Source of the DNA: Octopus sinensis
Lineage: Eukaryota
Direction: 5' to 3'
DNA length: 64,000 nucleotides
Assembly (NCBI RefSeq): GCF_006345805.1
Contig: NC_043009.1
Span: 65,782,001-65,846,000 of the forward strand
The notes beneath the pieces were generated by a model. The model was not told where the DNA came from. It ran no database searches and was given only the letters and a program-made list of their open reading frames with translations. Positions within the stretch are counted from its first letter, which is position 1. Each line of letters opens with the position of its first letter. Shown here one piece after another: positions 12,811-24,968 of the stretch. Both the position numbers and the translations under genes were made by a program.

Positions 12811-12830
12811 TTGGTGGTAGTATGTGCGTG
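11541..12830. repeat. GGT/GTA-rich low-complexity tract containing a 36-nt-core minisatellite (6 clear copies)
   Basis: Core GTGTTTGGGATTGAAGTTTTGATGGTGCTTTTGGTG starts at 11661, 11766, 11868, 11976, 12069, 12159. Confidence 0.9.
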
Positions 12831-13137
12831 TGTGGTGCTGAAGCTGATCGTTGTGGTGTTATAAGTCCTTGATGTTTGGTGGTTCTTCGTTTGAGTGGAA
12901 GAACTGATCGAGATTTTGGTGTTGTTCTTGTTGTTGCTGTTGTTTAGCCCCCATGTAAGACCTGTCTCAGCAAATCTAAGATCAAAAGACATCCGCATCC
13001 AGTCTTTGTTTGCGGCAATATGTACCTTGAACTACACTAATGAATGCGTTAGATATATTTACTTCATAAGGTGGCAGAACGTTATTCAGTATACCAGTGT
13101 CACGAAACTTTTTCCTCAAAAGAAATTTCAATAAGAA

Positions 13138-13512
13138 ATACTCTTTTACTTGTTTCAGTCATTTGACTGCGGCCATGCTGGAGCACCGCCTTTAGTCGAG
13201 CAAATCGACCCCGGGACTTATTCTTTGTAAGCCCAGTACTTATTCTATCGGTCTCTTTTGCCGAACCGCTAAGTGACGGGGACGTAAACACACCAGCATC
13301 GGTTGTCAAGCAATGCTAGGGGACCAAACACACACACACAAACACACATACATATATATACATATATACGACAGGCTTCTTTCAGTTTCCGTCTACCAAA
13401 TCCACTCACAAGGCATTGGTCGGCCCGAGGCTATAGCAGAAGACACTTGCCCAAGATGTCATGCAGTGGGACTGAACCCGGAACCATGTAGCTGGTTAGC
13501 AAGCTACTTACC
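13138..13512 (-). mobile_element. Full-length SINE family A (CORE-type)
   Basis: Head AGGCGCAGGGGTGGCTGTGTGGTAAG..GGTTCAGTCCC; CORE-like CTTGGGCAAGTGTCTT; internal TA/TG tract; tail GGCGGTGCTCCAGCATGGCCGCAGTCAAATGACTGAAAC. Confidence 0.9.
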
Positions 13513-13939
13513 ACACAGCCACCCCTGCGCCTAATTGTATAGTTTTTTTTTCTTTTATTATCTGCGGAGGAGATCCAAGTTCGGTAAACTTCTGAACGTA
13601 CAGTTGAGAAAGTAAAAATCAGGTTTGTTTTAATAAAATATTGAAGGAAAACATTGCATGCCTATTCTGCTTATATGAACTGTGCACGCAGAAATGTTTT
13701 CGTGCAATGTCGCTCACCGTGACGCAGTGTTTTATTTCAAATTTTCAGATATTTAGGATTTACGGGGAAATGCTTATTTATCAGTTTTGCGAAAACTGTG
13801 TAAAATTTACAGTGAACATTTAAACTATAAAGTGAATATCCGTATATTCGTTTTTATTTTATCTCTGAGCGCGTTATAAATAGTATCCGCACGACATCGT
13901 GAAGTATATTTGCCACCTAAATGTGGCTGACCCTTAAGG

Positions 13940-14555
13940 GTTGATGCTACTGTAGCTTGTAGCCCCAGGAAGACATCTCCTCCAGCTGGCTATTGACACA
14001 CTTTCTGTGCCCTATCAGTATTTGCAAAGAGAAGTCATCGTTCACGTCCAGCCTGACGTGATACACACGGATCCGAGATTCTGGGTATTGACCTGTCATC
14101 AGCGTGTGACAACCACCGGTTGACGATTGGAAGTGATTCTCAGTGCAAATATATATACTTTTTTCCATGTGTGTATATATGAAGTGAACCGTGCTGGTAA
14201 ACATATATGGAGACTATGAACCCTCTCTCCGAGAAGAACATGAAAGAGACCTTTTACGTGTGACCAATGTAGTCGCTTCTACTTGGCAAAGGAAGGTCTG
14301 CTCGGCCACAAACGTGCCCCGTCTACCAATGTGATATCCAGAGGGGTGTGATATCCAGTATGATATCCAGATGAGTCCATTAACCAATAGACTCGCTCTG
14401 CTTTGTAGGTCCCAACATTTCGATGGTCGAGTTTCCGCTGCTGTGCTTTTGGGTGCGGTGTGGCGGGGAGATTGATTGTAGTCGGTGTGGAATGACTTGA
14501 AAGTCTGTTGCAGGTCTTAGGAGCCGCATGGGGAGTCATCAATGATTGAAAGACC
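13940..14555 (+). mobile_element. Degenerate remnant with C2H2-like fingers, probably an RTE-clade ORF2 C-terminus/3' end
   Basis: RPFTCDQCSRFYLAKEGLLGHKRA (~14245-14320) and IDCSRCGMT*KSVAGLRSRM (~14470-14530), similar in type to the fingers at 32670-32990 and 54880-54950. Confidence 0.5.
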
Positions 14556-17500
14556 AAAATTGAGGTGTTTCGTAGAATTAAATGGATTTACGAAGCGATC
14601 TTATTCATTTCTCGACTTCCACCATGTGTGTCTTACGCCGCTAATTTTGCATAATATATAATGCCAAATCGATGCTATAATATACATATGCATACGATTT
14701 TGTGTGTGTATGTGTACGTATGTATGTATGTATGTATGTATGTATGTATGTATGTATGTATGTATGTATGTATGCATGCATGCATGTGTGTGAGTGCACG
14801 CGAGTGCGTGCGTGTGTGTACACATATCTATATATCAGGCCATCCTGCTATTATATAATGTTGGTTTTTAAGCTAACTTTTTGGGGTTTGTGCCATTGTA
14901 ACTACAGACAAACTCTCGATGCTTCTTCATCATTACTAAGCAGTGAAAGCCCAGGTTAACGCTAGGTTCTGTGCCAGGCTTTCTATAGTTGTTACTATAT
15001 ATTTGAATAATTCGTCATTACTATGGCGGTTTCTGATGTGCACACAAAGCATATTGTTCTTTATGAGTTCAAAAAAAGGGGGAGCACACTAGTGTTATCA
15101 TTTTAAATTACCAAAAATAGCAATAAAGGGTCTACATTTTCGGAAGGGTAACTTCGCATTGAAAAATTGTTCTCGCTGTTGTCGTCCTGTGAGAAATAAT
15201 AATGACGAATTGACGGCATCAGTTCAGGAAAGACTTAATTCACCAACTACCACCCCCACCCCGCCATTTTTGAAAACTTGGAATGTGCCTAAGTTGGGCA
15301 AAACGATTACTGCCGAGCTGACCCAGTGCGACCGATGAGAACGTATCAACATCTATGCTGCGTCCATACACAGTAAATTCAGTCCTCAGTTTTGATCGCC
15401 TTCCAGTCATTGATGAAAAGTGAGTGCCTCACAAAAATGTTAAACATCGATGGTAATGGATTCCGTGAAGACAGCACGTAAAACTTCAACCAAAGATGGG
15501 TCTTTAACATAATAAGTGCTTGTAAAGAATAAAATGTTCTATAATGCACTATAATTCAAACAATGGACTATAAGAACTGTTATAATTTAATCATCCATAG
15601 TCTGATATGATACTTCGGAATAAAAATTCCTTCTTCAGATATCTCCAGGAATTGATGGAGTCGCTGCTATAATCGGTTTTCGAACGGATTTTCTTTTTTC
15701 CTGGAAGCGTCTCGGCAGTGGTCTTACGAAGTTCCTTCCGGAATTCCTCGTGAGAAGTGCATGAGGTCGGCCATGTCTCAATCTCATTTATGCTGGTACA
15801 TCCGTAGCGTTGCTTCTAAGTTATGTATTATACGTGAAGCTTCCTTTTTTCCCCTCTTCTCTTGAGCACTTGATGGGATATGAAAGATATTATTCTCTTG
15901 AAATCTTACCTTCGACTAAAACAAATAATCATATCCGGAGTGCACTGAGAACAAATCGATCAACTAAATGAAAAGCTGACGGTTTTCCGAAAGGGTGTAT
16001 TTCTACATTGTGACATATTTGGAGAATTTTAATTGGGAGAGCTTGCCCATCTCACATATTCTCCATATTTTGCATCTTCAGCTCATCTCTCATTTCGAAG
16101 CTTGGAATACATTTTTGAAGTGGTGAACATTGGGATTCATTAGATACACAAAATCTTTCTATATAAAACTGGTTTCTTGAAGCTTTCAGAATGTGAGCAG
16201 AACTTTACAGAATCAATTGGTAGATATTCATTTGATTAGATTAGCAGCTTATCTTCCTTTTATCATATTTTCAGTCTTAGCATAAGTATATATGTAAAGA
16301 TAGAATTTAGGTATATAAGTGTGTTTGTGTGTGTGTGAGCGCATGCGCATTTGTGCATATTGTATGAATGCATATATATATAATTTTCTGACTAGCCACC
16401 GTTTTTTTAACTCATTCATTTTTTTCTGTGCTCTGATATTTACTTTCTTTTTGTTTGTTTGTGTTTTCTTTTGGTTTTTGGGAGCGCAGCATATTTTTAA
16501 TTTCTTTTATATTTTTATTGAATTGTATAGTTACTGAGGGTCTTTTATTAATCTAATTAATGGTGCTTATATATTTTTCTTCAAGTTTGTTTTGATCTGT
16601 ATCGTATGAGGTTTACAAACATATCATGTTATTTTATTTATAGAAGAGTCCAGAAGTTTGATATTTTAATGGCATTTCGCGATTGAGCGTCTTTTGCTTT
16701 ATGCTTTGAATTTAGTTTTGGTTAAGAATGAAGATTCCTTTGTGACATGGGGAGTTTGGTGTAACTTCTAGAATTTGTCTGCCATATAACATACGCAGAG
16801 ACAGACACAAATACAAATTAGAAACCAACCTTTGCAAAAACACAAAGATACAAACATACTGAACCATATATACAAGATAAAAACAAACCTTGACTTCAAC
16901 TTATATAGTCATTCATACACACGCACACACACACACACGTACGCACATACACACACATACGCACACACACTCAAACAAGCAAACATACCTAAAGATTTAC
17001 AATTCAAACAACACATGTTCTACTGTTAAATAAACAAACCCAAGTTATTTAAATTAGTCGGAATAGGTGTCATATGTACCTTGTTTCGGCTCTGTGTTTT
17101 ATTACTTTGAATCATGTTCTATGACAGCGTAAAATAACGAATCCTTCAGTGTAAGGCTGGGAAATGCTGAATCAAATGACCAAGTATTTCAGCTGACCGT
17201 CTTTACACCATGGCACACCGTCGATTGACTGAAAAGAATATACGGAGATGTCCGCCTCCTCCGTACTCAACGACGATAAACGATTTTTGCAACAGGTCGA
17301 ATAAAAATTTAGAGTTTCATTCGTCGATGTTCTAGCTGTCCTCATTGCTGTTTGCAACTGGATTCGAACTATTAAACTCTAGACCGGTAACTGATCATGG
17401 TCGCTAGATGATCGGGATTAGATGCTGTCAATATATTCTGTTATTGAGGACACCTCTAAGGAGCACTTCTCTATGGTGTGAATGTAATGTGTTCCCATTG

Positions 17501-18625
17501 CATATTCTCACACGTTTGAGAGAACTCTAACTTAACACAACATGATGCCGAACCCTTTAGCATTCAGATTACTCACTCGAATGTAATACTTATTTTTTCA
17601 CATTCTTAAAAATTAACCATGCATTATCTCATAGCTTTGAGATATTGATGGTAATCTTCTTTATTTTTAGCATGACATTGCAAGGCGTGTGTGAGAGGCT
17701 AATCAGGGGATGTTGAGCATAAAGCAGGTAGAATCCTTAGGCCTGATTTACGTAAAGGGTTAATATATTTACAAGAGAGAGAAAGTGGGGTGAAGGAAAC
17801 TGACAAAGAAAGAAAACGAGTGCGAGGACGTAAGAGTGACTGAGAAAGAGAAAAACAAGACAGGTGTCTCACTGCTATATATACATATATATGAGTGTGT
17901 GTCTGTGTGTGTGTGTGTGTGTATATATATACATATACAAGGGGCGATGTGTAAATTGTCGCCATTTTATATTTCTTATTTCGCGCATGAACATTGTTTT
18001 TGATTTTGTCGACTACACTGTACTAGAATCGGAATCGGTTAGGCACCGTCTGTGAGAAAAACAGTAACATGAGACAATTCACTAAGCCCAGAATTTAGAA
18101 ACGACATGCTGTACTGTTTGGCATTCGCGCCGGAAGCTCCAATACGAACATTTCAGAGTGTTTGGGTATCGATCTGAGGAGTGATGAACATCATGGTGTT
18201 TGGAGTGATCACTAGCGGAGGAGGTTAGTCAATTACATCGATCCGCAGTACATCAGTCTGGTAAAAAATGTTATTAACCTGAAAGAATAAACGACAAAGT
18301 AGACTTCTACGGTATTTAAACTAAAAACCTAAAGAGCTGGAGGAAACGCTGCGGAGTATTTTCTCCACCGCACATCCACACACTCCGCGCATGTTTGTAT
18401 GTATATCTCTTTCCACTTCCGGTCATTTCAGTCATGTAACCACATACGTGCTGTTGGTAATACTTTTCCTTCTCTAGATTTTTCCGGTGTATATATGTGT
18501 ATATATATACGTGTGTGTGTGTGCATATATATATATATATGTATATATGTGTGTGTATATATAAATATATGTGTATATATATGTATGCGTATATATGTAT
18601 GTGTATATATATATATGTATATGTA

Positions 18626-18671
<46 letters not shown>

Positions 18672-18815
18672 TGCAGGAATTGAACACCTATTTTGTATAT
18701 CTTAAACTACCTCTGACAAGATTCGAATTTCAAATAAGTTTTAATTTTATTGATTTCCTGAAGGTCTTTGTCAATTTTTTAATTAATAAATAGTAATTCA
18801 TTTATTATCCTTCTA

Positions 18816-19294
18816 TTGGGTTGTCCAGAATGTTCGTGCCGATTTATAGTAGCTTATCTTTCGACTTATTTTAGGACATGGTTGATTCCATAAAATAGGA
18901 TTTCACTACACCTCCTTTGAGAACACAGTTTAAGCTATCTTTTTTGGAAGAAGGTTTATGTTCCTATAATCTGTGTTAATTCTGTAAACCTGAAAGATAG
19001 GAAAGTTCATTTTCGCCACTTGATGCTTTTCTTTTTCCGTAAAGGGAAAAATACCTCACAAGCACCCAAAGAAATATGCGCAGTTTACGGTGATGTTTCT
19101 TTATCCGAAAGAACTGTACGGAATTGGTCCGCAAGGTTCCGAGCTGGAGATTGTAGCCTTATTGATGAAGAGCGATCAGGCAGACCATCCACTACAGATG
19201 ATGACCAAATCAAGTCATAAATTGAGAATAACCCACATTCCACAACCCGAAAATTGGTAGAAAGCCTCAACCTATCAAAATCTGTCGTTCATGC
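18816..19294 (+). mobile_element. Mariner transposon 5' fragment (TIR plus N-terminal HTH domains)
   Basis: TA-TTGGGTTGTCCAGAA terminus; FFRKGKNTSQAPKEICAVYGDVSLSERTVRNWSARFRAGDCSLIDEERSGRPS..IENNPHSTTRKLVESLNLSKS. Confidence 0.85.
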
Positions 19295-19654
19295 ACCCCG
19301 ATTAATTTCTTGCATTTCTTCAATATAGAGTTGTGAATCCACATTCTCGTATTTGACACAAATCAAGAATTCGCTGAGACCGCAATTGATAAATGAGCAT
19401 TTGGAGGACCAATTGAAACTAAGTACCACTATATCGGAGCCTAATATCAAAATGCTTTCTCAAGAAAAGAAGTCACTAATTTGTATGAAAAGTACTTACT
19501 TGCCCAAACAGAATATTTGAAAATGTCTTGCTTTCGATATCATTCATTTACTTACTATTTGTATAAAATTACTTAAATAGAATATTTTAAAAGTCATACT
19601 TTTGGTTTCTACACACCTGTCTTTATTTAGTTAAGATTATTAATAAGTTACTTT

Positions 19655-20880
19655 CCGCCTGTCTCTTATTTAATCTCTCCGAAAGAGTTCCACCTTGCTG
19701 CACACATGCCGAGTAGCGTGAGGTGATACTGGTGCCTCTCCCTCACCACTTGTGCGCACCTTCCTCTCTCTCGAAGTGTTCTCACATTCCAGGTTCCAAG
19801 AAGGATGGGCTTCTTCTGCGAGAGCAGCTTTGGACCGCCCTTCAAAGTTGTCCTCGGCCTTGTAGCTTCCTGACGGGTTTGGCTGCAGCGCGTCATCAGT
19901 CTCTGGATCGGAACCCTGGTTCTCCCAAGAACTGAATTAGTGTTAAATGAGCTGTTATTAGTTTCTGTAACAGGTGGGGTTTTTTTTCGTGTATAGGGTG
20001 TTAGCGTATAGCACAACCCCCGAATCTGGAGGGCCAATGTGTTTACTTTAGTCTGACTCCTCCTCTTCGACCAAACCAACAAGGTTAAACCTACCAGGGG
20101 AACACGTCCCCAGCTGGCACATGCTCTAGGGATCATTAGAGTACGCAATCCTCCCCACCAGGTAAAGGCCACACACAGAAACTTCACGGCGAGTGGGCTT
20201 GAGGATCAGCTGGGAAAAGACAAAAGTGCTGCGTATCAACAACTGACAGGAAGAGCCAAACACAATCGAGGGGGCACTTGTGGAGGACGTTAATGAGTTT
20301 GCTGATCTTGGCAGCAAGATCAGCAAATTAGGCGGATCAGACGAGGACATCACAGCAAGAAGGCTTGGCAAGCCTTCGCTATTCTTCAGCCGGTATGGAA
20401 GTCCACTGACATCTCAACTCGAACTAAACTCCGCTTATTTAGTTCAAACGTAAAATATGTGCTTTTGTATAGCTCTGAAACATGGAGAGCCACCTGTAGC
20501 AACTACAAGAAGATCTAGACCTTCATCAACAAATGTCTCCGGCAGATCCTCCATCTGAAGTGGTTCGAAAGAGTAAGAGTGCCAAACACCGACCTGTGGG
20601 AAAGGGCCAACCAGGAACCCATACATGTTCAGATTAGACGAAGGAAATGGAGATGGATCGGACACACACTGCGGAAAGAAACCTCTAATGTGACACGGAA
20701 CCCGCAGGCGAAAAGGAAGCGAGGACGTCCGAAGCAGACATGGAAGCGGAACATTTTGGACGAGCTCAGGACCACCGGCCTGACATGGGAAGCAGCCAAG
20801 AAACACGCCAATGATCGCAAAAAGTGGAAAACAACTGTTGAGGCCCTATGCTCCACGAGGGGCAAAAAGGATTAAGAAGA
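19655..20880. mobile_element. RTE-clade LINE insertion with inverted 5' segment (5' UTR plus APE start on minus, 19655-20189) and 3' RT segment (plus, 20190-20880)
   Basis: Minus: ILLGTWNVRTLRERGRCAQVVRE..RWNSFGEIK. Plus: GLRISWEKTKVL..LLYSSETW..KWRWIGHTLRK..GRPKQTW..DRKKWKTTVEALCS. 16-bp TSD ATTAATAA(G/A)TTACTTT at 19639-19654 and 20881-20896. Confidence 0.92.
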
Positions 20881-21394
20881 ATTAATAAATTACTTTGGCG
20901 ATAAAATTACTTAAAAAAAGGAAAATAATTTGTTCAATGCGGCCTCTATGAGGGATGATGAATTGTAGGGTGGCCTGCATGCACAAAAAAGGTTCCCCAT
21001 CCCTGGTCTAGAGTAATCTTTCGCCGAAACACATCTAAGAGTTATATAAATACACTATTATTATTATTAGATAATAAATCTTATGGGATATACTCGGTAG
21101 CGTACCGGTAAAGCAAGTTCACGTTCACAGTGTTCGTTGGGTATTTGATTAATGAGAAAGACGGAGGATGGAGATACGAGAATCTTTACTTATCACTACA
21201 ATCGTTTCGACCCATCTAGCTTTGATCCTTCTCAGCTCAGACACTGGACAACTAGTTTAGGGGTATCCGACGGTGTAGATGTGTCTCTTCAGGAGATTAC
21301 AAGATGTATCCCGTTAAAATAACGTCTGTTCTGCCATATATCTTCTCGGTTTCTGCATATTAGTATATTTATTTTATTATTCAAATATATATAT

Positions 21395-21823
21395 ATATCT
21401 TTTATATGTTTCAGTCAATAGACTGTGGCCATGCTTGGGCACTGCCTTGAAATTTTAGTCGAATGAATCGACCCCAGTACTTATTTCTTAAGCCTGCTAC
21501 TTATTCTACAGGTCGCTTATGCCGAATCGCTATGTTACAAAGACGTAAGTACACCAACACCGGTTGTCAAGTGGTGATTGGGGAATAAATACTGACACAC
21601 ACATTGATGTACATATATGTGTGTGTGTGGGTGAGACAAACTTTTTTCAATTTCCATCTTTCAAGTCCACTCACACGCCTTTGGTCGACCCAAAGCAAAT
21701 GGTAGAAGACGCTTGCCCAAGTTGCCACGCGGTGGGGCTGACCCCGAAACCATGTAGTTCGGAAGCAAGCTTTATTACCACACGGCCGCTCCTGTGTCTA
21801 TCCACACAGCCACCCCTGCGCCT
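21395..21823 (-). mobile_element. Full-length SINE family A
   Basis: Same head, CORE-like body and tail motifs as 13138-13512. Confidence 0.85.
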
Positions 21824-21838
21824 ATATATATATATATA

Positions 21839-23180
21839 CAGGGTGTCCCAAAAAGATGTACTCACTCTTTGAATTCCCAGTACTCATGCATTTTGTGTTC
21901 AAGTAGATGTTTATTGATATACATACAATCCTAAAAAAATTGAATTAAATTCAGGAAAATAAATTGTTGTAGAAACGATTATTTATTGTCATTTAGAATC
22001 ATTTAATGTTCTTTCTCTTATTCCTGCGTGTTCGCATGTGTTCAAACTGCCTTCCTTCATTTTCCAAACAAAGCTGATAAACGTCCAACAATGGATTCGA
22101 CAACATTGCCAAACATTTCATTCGGAATTGCAAGACATTGTATTTGAATTTCAGTTTTCAAATCATCAATTGTCACTGGTTTTGCAGCGTAAACCTTATC
22201 TTTGAGATGTCCCCATAAAAAAAATATCCATTGGCGTGAGGTCTGGGGAACGTGCAGGAAATTCAACGCTACCTCTCCTTCCAATCCATTGTTTTTGGAT
22301 TTGTGGCATCGAGGTAAGCCCGTACATCACGATGGTAGTGAGGAGGAGCTCCATCTTGCTGGAAGTAAATCTCCTCGCCCCTAAGCATCTCTTCAATTCG
22401 TGGACCGACATTTTCCATCAGTAAGTTTAAGTAAACTGGGCCACTGAGAGTTTGGTAAAAATAAAAGGTCCAACGATACCCAATGTTGACATCCCACGCC
22501 ACACTAACACCTGGTAAGTTCAGATGGTGCTCCATATTAAATTGTGGATTTTCACGGGCCCAGTATGTGCAATTATGTTGGTTGACTGAACCATTTTACT
22601 TGAAAGTGGCCTCATCGCTCCATAAGATTTTCTCTGGAAACGTTGCATCCTCTACGAATTTGTTCAGATACCATTCGCAAAATTGAACTCTCCGATCAGG
22701 ATCATCTTCATTGAGGAATTGAATTAATGTTGGAACATAACTTTTTCAATGAGCTCGTTTCAACATCCGATGAAGACTCGATTTTGCGATTCCTATCTCA
22801 CAACTCAATTGTCTTACGGATTTCTTTGGGGATTCGGAAAGGGTTTCCATTAATTGGTTGTGTCTATTGGGGCTGATGGATGTTTGTGGTCTTCCAGAGT
22901 GTTGCTTACTAACGTTCTGAACAGTTCCGTTTGCTTCAAGTTTATCTCTGATGCGAGCAATAGTGCGTCGTATTGGTGGTGTCTTCTGAAACTGTCTGTT
23001 AAATTGTCTTTGCACTTCCGGGACATTTTCGTGCTTCCAGTAGCACTTTAATATGATTTTTTTCCTCAAACGTTAGTTGTGCATTTGCCATTATGAAGGG
23101 TTGGTTGTGTCTGAAAAAAAAAAAACAATACATTAGTAACCGTCTGTCAAAGAGTGAGTACATCTTTTTGGGACAACCTA
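21839..23180 (-). mobile_element. TIR-complete Tc1/mariner DD41D (rosa/Visitor-type) transposon with disrupted transposase
   Basis: 34-bp TIRs (CAGGGTGTCCCAAAAAGATGTACTCACTCTTTGA at 21839-21872; 23147-23180; 32/34 identical), TA flanks. Motifs WSDEATF, FQQDGAPPH, ARSPDLTPMD; 41 residues between 2nd and 3rd Asp after repairing one frameshift. Confidence 0.93.
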
Positions 23181-23189
23181 TATATATAA

Positions 23190-23380
23190 GAAGCAGCACG
23201 GAATTTTGTCAGTGGACAGGTAGCGGCCTCAAAGCGACGAAAATGTTTTGACAAATTAAGTTTAAATGTTGAAGTGAATCTAACGGTTTTATGTGTGTGC
23301 TTTTATACGGCCTATAAACATCTTCCACGCTCCATTTGTTTTTGCCTCAGTACACTATCTCAGATCAGGTCACGTAATAT
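23190..23380 (+). mobile_element. Small TA-microsatellite-embedded element with hammerhead-like topology but non-canonical core
   Basis: TTTGTCA/TGACAAA stem, GTAGC/GCGAC stem, then GAAA (23205-23255); flanked by (TA)n. Confidence 0.4.
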
Positions 23381-23461
23381 ATATATAAATAGCATATGGC
23401 TGACCACATAGTGGTTTTTTAGCCCTTTAAATATACACATGTATATATATATATATATATA

Positions 23462-23844
23462 TCTATATATAAACGGCAGTTTGTCTGTCTGTGTGTCTGT
23501 GTGTCTGTCAGGTTGTACCCTCACCCTGACCACGGCTTTCAACCGATTCTGATGAAACTTGACACACACATAGCCCAATGTCATAATTCAAAACTAACGC
23601 AGCGAAAATTTTGAAAAGTTCCCCCAGTTCTGAGAAAAATCGATAAACTCGACATGGGGTCGAGAATCAGAAACACAAACCACAGACTGTCATGGGGACG
23701 CAACTCGACCTTTTTAACTCTCAAAAAAATAAATTTACCATAATTTTTTTTCCATTTTTTTGCTATTTTTTGGCTATAACTCTCTAAAAATGCTTTATAG
23801 TTATTTCCCTTACAAACCCGAGCAACGCCGGGCGATACTGCTAG
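23462..23844 (+). mobile_element. Non-autonomous Helitron
   Basis: 5' TC(TATATATAAA), 3' CTAG, inserted between A and T. Subterminal hairpin CCCG-AGCAACGC-CGGG (23817-23832); (TGTC)n near the 5' end. Confidence 0.85.
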
Positions 23845-24162
23845 TATATATATAAACGCAAGCTACGATTGTGAATGAAGGTTCTACTCCCATGTAAGCG
23901 GAAAGGAAGGGAGCCCGCTAGTTAGCAATTTACCTTGAATTGTAAATCATTCGGCAACTTATTATCTGTTCCGATGCTTGTTAAGCACTTCCTGTTTCCT
24001 ACATGGATCCTACATGTGTCTGTATATAACCGTGAAACCTTACACAAACGATATATATTTAGCACTCATTACAAAACTAATGAATACTTTGTAATAGAGC
24101 TTACATTTCACATCTGGCCTGGGCCTATTATACAGCTTTTCATTGCTCTCTCTCTCTCTCTC

Positions 24163-24247
<85 letters not shown>

Positions 24248-24903
24248 ATGTATATATATATGTATGTTTGTATAGGTGCATGTATATACGTACACATTCG
24301 TGAATTGGAAAAGTGTGTGTGTGTTTATTTACAAATGTTCGTGCGGTAATATACTTCCGGTGTCAATAGATCAGGTGTGTATAAAGTTGTATATAACACT
24401 TGTTACCAAGTTGAAGTCAAAACCGACCGCAAACAAAAGAAAAAAATATAGAAAATATAAAAAAAAAAACAAACAACGAATAAAATCTTAAATACGAATA
24501 AACATGACAAAGGTTCCGGTAGTGGAAGGCGGCGGCGGCGGCGGTGGTGGTGCCATGGAGGCGACGGCGGCGGCGGTGGTGGTGGTGGTGGAGCGGGGGT
24601 AGTCTATTAGTTTGCGGACTCAACAAAAAACACATACACATACACACAGATACACACATATATATATATATTCACGTGTGTGTGTGTGTGTATGTGTGTG
24701 TGTGTGTATGTGTGTGTGTGTGGAGGGGGTGTAACGTAGGTAAATCGACAATATAATGCTTCGTTCCACCTGAGTGCTCCCTCTTCATCTTTGTTTGGAA
24801 TGAAAAAAAAAATCGTTAACAACGAAATACAAAGAAGAGACAAAAAATAACTGTCTGCAAAGATAAGATCAAAATCACAAAAAAAAAATACAACACAATA
24901 CAA

Positions 24904-24968
<65 letters not shown>

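Noticed and set aside
13550-13940. Possible piggyBac-like MITE end (GGCTGACCCTTAAGGGTT), and similar ACCCTTTAGCATT at ~17553
   Set aside because: Only one terminus visible in each case, with no partner TIR or TSD confirmed in the window.
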